This document shows positions 9,461 through 15,947 of a stretch of 15,947 bases of DNA, one piece after another. Position 1 is the first letter of the stretch. Each line of letters begins with the position of its first letter. The notes below the pieces were generated by a model. It saw only the letters and a program-made list of their open reading frames with translations, had not been told where the DNA came from and did not search any database. This DNA is from Octopus sinensis (lineage: Eukaryota). Location of the stretch: NCBI RefSeq assembly GCF_006345805.1, contig NW_021825326.1, forward strand, positions 1 to 15,947, given 5' to 3'. Both the position numbers and the translations under genes were made by a program.

Positions 9461-9888
9461 AGTGTGTCTCTGGTGTATGTGTGGTGTGCACACGCATTAA
9501 TTTCATGGTGGTGGACACTAACCACCTCAAAAGTTTTATGAACCTCTTATTAATTATAGCAACATCAAAAGTATACTTTAGAAATTTAAATTCTTCTTAC
9601 TAGTCTTGATCGTTAATCATGTGTTCAATCGTGTTCAGCTCCCCAAAAACTTACTAAAGTTAGGAAAAAGGTGATTAAGCTGAAAGAATCTATTTAGGAC
9701 ATCTTTATCCTGTCTAGAACACATTCTCATAGCAACATCTAGAGGATCTTACGAAGGTTGATTTTACGGACAAACATCAAATGTACATGATCAGTTTGAT
9801 CAAGTATACAGTAGAAGACAATAATGACACATTGATATCCATCTGATTTTCATGTAAATTTTCATTTTCTATTTTTACCTCCACAAAG

Positions 9889-10097
9889 GGTTCAGTTCAG
9901 TTCGATATTCCGAACATCAGAGAATGACACCATTGCTTGAAGCCGTTTCCCGGGGTCACCTGGGAATTACACACCTGTTAATAGCCCTGGGTGCAAGCAT
10001 AAATGCTGTTGATGGTGAAGGTAACAGCTGTTTGCACCTAGCCATAGCAACAGAAAAGTTTAATTCCGAGGGTGCACCCTTGGATTTACTAAACGAA
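9889..10097 (+). CDS. Exon 5, ankyrin repeats: GSVQFDIPN..[frameshift]..MTPLLEAVSRGHLGITHLLIALGASINAVDGEGNSCLHLAIATEKFNSEGAPLDLLNE
   Basis: Pyrimidine tract plus aaAG at 9887-9888 and donor GTAAGT at 10098 (phase 0). Clear ankyrin motifs in ORF 9924-10109. The frame from 9889 hits TGA at 9925-9927 unless 1 nt is missing near 9915, so the 5' boundary is less certain. Confidence 0.85.
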
Positions 10098-10111
10098 GTA
10101 AGTTTTTAAAT

Positions 10112-10243
10112 TGTTTGTGTATATACATGCGTGTGTGTCTGTGTGTGTGTGTCTGTGTGTGTCTGTGTGTGTCTGTGTCTGTGTGATTTTGTGCATTTGT
10201 GAGCCTTTGTGTGAGTGTGAGACAGAGACAGACAGACAGACAA
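10112..10243. repeat. (TG)n/(TGTGTC)n/(GACA)n microsatellite
   Basis: Direct inspection. Confidence 0.9.
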
Positions 10244-10728
10244 GCTTTGGTTGTCATGTATCAATTCTCCCCTATCAACCCCATCCTCCATTACCATTCC
10301 GTGACCCAGTCTCCCCTTATGACCGAGTGATATTATGTAACAAACAATATTCCATCTCCTTTCACTCCAAAGGTCGTCTCACCACGGTCGAGAGGTGACC
10401 CATCTCGGTTGTTGGCCATATAAACACAGCCATCACAATGTGACGGAGAAGTGGCCTATTTAATAGAGGAGATATTATTCTCAATTAACAATGATGCAGG
10501 ATAGAAGAGATGTCTGAGCTTATAGTGCTGGTGCCATGGTAAATACATCCAGTCCATCTATGAAAATTCTGAGTGAAACTGCTCTCTATCCTACTTCTTG
10601 TACACGACATGAATCCACTGACTTCTTGTGGACATGTCATAACATTGTTCAATGTTAAGACACTAGAGAATGAATACAATAAAGCATGGTCCTTAGTGAG
10701 TTTTCCAGTATTTAAGTTCTGTACTTAG

Positions 10729-10729
<1 letters not shown>

Positions 10730-10772
<43 letters not shown>

Positions 10773-10810
10773 ACACACACACACACACTCACACAGACAA
10801 ACACACACAA
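10730..10810. repeat. (CA)n microsatellite
   Basis: Direct inspection. Confidence 0.95.
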
Positions 10811-11727
10811 GTAATGATTTTGAGTTTGAGTATATATCTTGTAAAATGCTGTTTAAAGCCCGTTCACTGTATTCGGCTATCTGATGTCATCAACAGTATG
10901 GACGTCAATACTTCTGGACTTTTTGCTGTCATCTCATAAATGAAGCAGTTTTTTATAAGTCTTATATTTTTCAAAATTAAGATAAACAAAGTACTTTTTT
11001 CTGTTAATCTAAAACATATTCTCCTTCATTGTCTACAATGCTCTTCCATCTATCTGGTAGACTTGCAAGTCGCCTCTTCCAAAATTCACTTGTCCGTGAT
11101 TAAAAATACTCCTCCATTACTTCTGACTTGACACTAATTCCTGCTTCCTTACTTTACCGTCATCATTCAAAGATGCTTCTTGCTTAATTATGGAAACATT
11201 ATTGATATGTTTGGTCATGTCTGTGTGGTATTGACTTTGTTATGTTATAGGTGTTTTGTTTCTGATATAACTTATGTTCTTTCTTCTCATGTTGTGTTAT
11301 ATTTATATATACAATACTCTTTCTTATGGCCACATGCTCGCCTTATCAAGCCAATTATATAGATAGGTTCTTGTTGGTTTGTTCTCCTATATTTGATTTT
11401 TCTATTGAATATATTGTGATATTTGTGATTGACAAGTAAATATTTACTCATTAATTAACAATAAGCTTGATGTTAATCAATACGGTGTCCTGCTCAATGT
11501 AATGACAATATATTTAGAGGGTGTCTCAGTGTTGAAAATAAAGTAAAAAACATGAAAATGGGAAATGGACTCAATAAAGATTATGTAGGAACTCAATACT
11601 TTGTAATTGCTTTAATTGGTGGATAAACAACCTATGAGTAAATTTAGATGAACTTTTGTGTAATTAGGGGCATTTGTTTTGAATATTTATGTAATATTGT
11701 CATCATTTTATATTTCATCATTTGTAG

Positions 11728-11902
11728 TGCTGCACTGCCCTTAACCTGAAAAAGAAGGAAATGCTCTCTGGTGTAGTGGTTGCGAGATATCTCGCCAGTC
11801 AGGGAGCGGACTTTCACCATAAAAACAACAACAATAACACACCATTGGACCTCATTAAGGACCCAAATTTGAGAAAAAAATTAGAGCATGTTTACCACCA
11901 CA
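11728..11902 (+). CDS. Exon 6, MIB-type terminal ankyrin segment: CCTALNLKKKEMLSGVVVARYLASQGADFHHKNNNNNTPLDLIKDPNLRKKLE...
   Basis: Acceptor tttgtAG at 11726-11727 and donor GTAAGT at 11903. Open in phase 0 with YLASQGAD...N..TPLDL ankyrin motifs. 175 nt, so it ends in phase 1 as written. Not in the ORF track. Confidence 0.9.
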
Positions 11903-12596
11903 GTAAGTATTTCCTGGCAATGAACAGTTAAACCGGTACATTCTATTTTGTATATAATCATATTTATATGTATTTCGTTTTAATTCTACCAATACATTAT
12001 ACTGTCGCTAGTGTTTTTGACAAAGGCCACACAATAAACAATATGCAGTTGTCAGGAGATCAAAGAAAGAAAATGATTTTGATATTCACATGATTCGTAG
12101 TGTTGCCAGTTATACTTCACTGTCCATCACCACTACCCTCTTCGTTCCCTATTTTAAAGATTTGTGATCAATAGGAAAATATAGATCTAAATAATGAAGT
12201 GAATGAATTCCATTTTGAAACTGTTACTTAGAATTAAGTGGAATTTATCTGTCTACCAACATCTTTTTCTCACTCTCTATGTCCGAATCAGTCAATATTA
12301 GAATGATTTCATAGAAAAATAACCTACAAACAACACACCAACAGTGTATATATTATATTTCTGCAAATATTGATGGAATATTGCCACATATCTTCATAGA
12401 AAAAAAAGCTGCCAGGAAACGTAAATAATTCAAGTAACACATATACCATTACTAGTGTTTTAGTCGTCTTTCACCCGTATTTTATAAGGTTTGGCAATTT
12501 CTTTGCCATACATCTCTCTGTATTTGCTACTTAAGAAGCAGACACATTTCCCCCTCAGTGAATTTACAAAACTTTCTTTGTCTGTTGAAATTCAAA

Positions 12597-13025
12597 TATT
12601 ACTCTTGTACTTGTTTCAGTCATTTGACTGCGGCCATGCTGGAGCACTGCCTTTAGTCAAACAATTCGACCCCAGATCTTATTCTTTGTAAGCCTAGTAC
12701 TTATTTGCCGAAACGCTAGATTACGGGAACGTAAACACACCAACATTGGTGTGTGAAGCGATGGTGGAGGGACAAACACAGACAGACAAATATACACACA
12801 AACACCAAACACAACACACATACATATATATATATATATTATAATATTATATATATATATATATATGCGACGGGCTTCTTTCAGTTCTCCCTCTACCAAT
12901 CCACTCAAAAGCATTGGTCAGTCCAAAGCTATAGTAGAAGTCACTTGCCCAAAGTGCCATGCAGTGGGACTGAACCAGAACCATGTGGTTGGTAAGCAAG
13001 CTACTTCCACATCTACTCCTGCGCT
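12597..13025 (-). mobile_element. Full-length SINE family A copy (antisense), CORE-like segment
   Basis: The reverse complement begins gcgcaggagtag...GGTTCAGTCCC (B box), then ttgggcaagtgact (resembles the CORE-SINE motif ttgggcaagtcact), an internal TA/TG microsatellite and the 3' body gtgctccagcatggccgcagtcaaatgactgaaacaag. Collinear with 4329-4830. Confidence 0.92.
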
Positions 13026-13109
13026 ATTGTTCAGATGATATGATTTTTGGTCTGCATAAATATAGATTGTTTCTTTCAATTGACAAGCCTCAGAAGATTT
13101 TCTCTACTT

Positions 13110-15590
13110 TTACAAATGATCGTTTATGTGAATGTTTTAATAATAATATAATGTTATAGAGCGCAGCTGAAGTTACTGTAAGGGGCGAAATAGGGGACAG
13201 AAAACTGCAATTAGTCAAAGAAGGCAGGCAGCAATGGAAGCTAGAAGAAGTAGATGCACGATACATATAATAAAACAACCCGAAAGGGGGAAACAGTAAA
13301 AGAGTTATATCAAAGAAAGAAGACATAGGTACATCAGGAAAGAGTGTTAGGGAATTTCAGGAAATATGGAAGTTTTGAAGAATGCAGTGTCCTGATAGCT
13401 AACAAGGGATATCAGTTTATTTCATGCTTCATGTTTTGAAGGAACATTTTGAGCGAACAATTTGTCAAAAACTGGTCGATCAATGATTCCTTTAAATACA
13501 CCAATGAAATTGCGTCAGGTGTAGCAGATTCTGTGGGGTTTTCAATGTAGTTTTATATGTATAAGAAGTAACAGGATACCAAGAATAGTTCCATGCAGAT
13601 CTTCAGATGTGATTGTATAGGGTGCAGAATGTTATCTTAGTTCTGTAACAACTTCCTCTCACCTGAGAATGAAGGAACTGACAAAATTAGAACTCATGCC
13701 ATTGCAGACAGCTTCACCGTATTTCTTTTGTGTGGTAATAGAATTAAAAGTTTGAATTAGGGATAGATAACATCTGCCCATGAGACCCTATTTTTGATTT
13801 AGATGAGGTCTTCAAGAGGTTCCATGTGTTGCCAAAGTAACTAAATTTAAAGGTAAATACAAATTATGAGGGATGAATCAAGTTTTGAGAGTTTCAAATG
13901 TTCCAGGAATTCTTTCTGACTAAGGACTGACTGGATGATAATTAGCAGTTGATGGTGAGACTGACTGGACGGTAATTAGCATTTGATGAAAGGTCACTCC
14001 TTTTAAACAGGGGCATTAAAGTAGCAACGTTCTTCTGATTCAGAGTAACAGTTAGTAAAGCTGAATTGGAATAGGCTAAAAAACCTGGTGTAGTAGAAAG
14101 AGGATGCCAATTTGGGATAAATAATACCATCAAAACAAGAGGAAATATAATAATTGCACAAATGCTTTAAGAGTTGTTGCAGGAATAAATTCAAAAGATG
14201 TGATGGAATTTAGTCTCCATAGCAGTGAAGATCGTACATTTAGATTTTCAACGGTAAAAATACCAGCATTGCATTAAACGGTTGGTTCACAATCTGACTT
14301 GGGGATTGACTTTGAAGAGATTGAAGTGTCCGGTTTTCAATATATGAACTTCCGGAATCTATCCAGGTTTTTCCCTCTGTGTTGGTCCGAATCAAATGCA
14401 GCCATTTTAATCACCTTTTTTCGTGTTGTTGGATGCTCTGTTGTATATTTTAAAATTCTCATTTCTATGTAATCCGTATTCACATTCAACAGTTTGTTGA
14501 TCTTTCCTCACAGTGGACTGCTGCTACGGTCTGTCATATTCCGCTTTTGAGCACTTGGACATATTTATGTGGCACTCCGATGCTTTGCATATGACTCACA
14601 TCGGATTAAATATTTGCTGTGAGATCTCTCCAGAATCATAAACGTGAGGTCAGTCAGAACACTGCAACTCAGTAGAACAGGAGTTCTGGTAAGCATTGTC
14701 CAGTAAAACCAAGTAAAAGTTTGGAAGATGTTGGTTGTTTTTTCTTTCTTTCCATTAACAACAATATTGACAAGGTTAGAGAATGATTAGAGCGAGTTAA
14801 GTGTATCTTGGTAGGGTGGCTGATAATTTCAGAAGCAGTGGTCAATAGCAGATCCAAAGTTTGTTATCTCTTGTGGGAGAGATGACTACATGGGACTAGT
14901 TTGAATCCAACACAAAACGAAAGAAGTTGTATTTAGGGACAGTGAAAGGCATCCCAGTCAATCCTTCAGTAATTGAAGCCACATGTATGAAAAGATTGGA
15001 GATTGTTATCATGAATGCATTTCTAAGGATGTGGAAAAAGTGTTTGTGTTAGTTGTAGTTTGGAAGATGAGGAAGAGCTCCAAGCAGAAGTGTTAATGTG
15101 CTTATATGTTGCAAAATGTATATATTGCGACAGTTCGAATCTTGAACGGACATAGACCATCACACCAACCCCGAAGCAATTTGATGTCTTTGTGTAACAA
15201 AATACAGCTTGCCATACTAAATCACCATTGCACAGTAAGGAATAGGTTTAACTGTAATCAAAGAATCAAAATGGTGCATCTTGATACATAAAATATGGGC
15301 ATTTAAAAAGCAATTATTTGTATCCAGATTTAAGCCTGTCATGATTCATAGTGAAGGATATATTGTTTTGTTTAGTTTCTTGGACGTTTTCCATTTGGTG
15401 TTGAGTCATGAGACAAAGTAATTATAAAACGTAACTTCAGGTGCCTATTGGGTGTTAAAACAAGATGGGTTCGAGAAGCAATTTGGTTTTCACACTTAAT
15501 GTTATCAGAGTCTAAACAGTATGCACATGCCTCAGTAAAAGGCTTAATCTAACAAGTCTGGGCTTTGATGCAATCAACACACGTAGATAA
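13110..15590 (-). mobile_element. Decayed non-LTR retrotransposon (CR1/L2/Jockey-like LINE): APE endonuclease and reverse transcriptase remnants
   Basis: Minus-strand motifs occur in the expected order: GVGVMVYVR (15146-15172, APE GGGV..YV), LDLLLT...SNH (ORF 14669-14857, APE LD...SDH), ATLMPLFKRSD...NYRPVSLT (~13954-14030, RT N-terminus), a degraded GVPQGSVLSP-like segment (~13760-13790) and RTAFFKTSIFP (~13360-13395, C-terminal). Many stops and frameshifts; boundaries approximate. Confidence 0.85.
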
Positions 15591-15766
15591 TTTTTGTGTG
15601 TGTGTGTGTGTTTGTGTGTCTGCATTTATATACACACAAATTCGCCCATATGTAATTGCTTAATTGTGGTGTCTCATAATATTCTCTACTGTAAATACGC
15701 ACACAATGTAATATTTGTTATAAATGAATGTTATTAATGGGATGTGTTCATGTTTTTGTTCCTCAG

Positions 15767-15908
15767 ATGTGTGTTTTGTGAAGACGAAGTGGCCACAGAG
15801 ACGTTCTTTCCATGTAAACATCTTTCGCTGTGTAAGAAATGCTGTCCCCCAAAGATACCTAAACGATGCCATATGTGTAGACAGAATATAACGAGCAAAA
15901 ATATTTGG
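15767..15908 (+). CDS. Exon 7, C3HC4 RING finger: CVFCEDEVATETFFPCKHLSLCKKCCPPKIPKRCHMCRQNITSKNIW
   Basis: Acceptor tttttgttcctcAG at 15765-15766. The frame from 15768 gives C-x2-C-x11-C-x-H-x3-C-x2-C-x8-C-x2-C (MIB/IAP-type RING spacing). Putative donor GTAATA at 15909 is weaker, and the frame stays open to the window end. Confidence 0.9.
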
Positions 15909-15947
15909 GTAATAATACTGTATGATCTGTCTGTTTGTCTCATGGGC

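Larger units (their letters stand above)
2259..15908 (+). other. Multi-exon gene span (partial): mind bomb-like ankyrin-repeat/RING E3 ubiquitin ligase; possibly a pseudogene (2 apparent frameshifts)
   Basis: Seven exons with AG acceptors and GT donors splice into an ankyrin array followed by a C3HC4 RING. The segment ARYLASQGADFHHKNNNNNTPLDLIKDPNLRKKL resembles the last ankyrin segment of MIB1 as I recall it ([34 protein letters not shown]). No start codon or N-terminal MIB domains are seen in the window. Confidence 0.85.

Noticed and set aside
2259-15908. Assigning the gene symbol MIB1 or MIB2
   Set aside because: The similarity is family-level and recalled from memory, the diagnostic N-terminal domains are outside the window, and the sequence looks like a divergent paralogue.
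15937-15947. 11-bp inverted match gtctcatgggc to gcccatgagac at ~13777
   Set aside because: Too short and at the window edge; compatible with chance.

Overview
This is eukaryotic, AT- and microsatellite-rich genomic DNA. The SINE families and repeat landscape look like an octopod/cephalopod genome (inference). The window holds seven GT-AG-bounded coding exons on the + strand (2259-2416, 3325-3370, 5167-5321, 6287-6323, 9889-10097, 11728-11902, 15767-~15908). They encode about six ankyrin repeats, a split mind-bomb-type terminal ankyrin repeat and a C3HC4 RING finger, i.e. a divergent mind bomb (MIB1/MIB2)-like E3 ubiquitin ligase. The gene is 5'-partial and probably 3'-partial. As written, two exons carry apparent 1-nt deletions (~9915 and ~11886), so this is either a pseudogene or an indel-prone assembly. 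The introns contain a 2.2-kb polypurine tract, a 630-bp (GAT)n tract, several tRNA-derived SINE copies in both orientations, a decayed CR1/L2-type LINE and two clear foldback elements. One foldback has a pre-miRNA-like hairpin and the other a degenerate hammerhead-like motif. Almost all ORFs in the supplied track are low-complexity artefacts.
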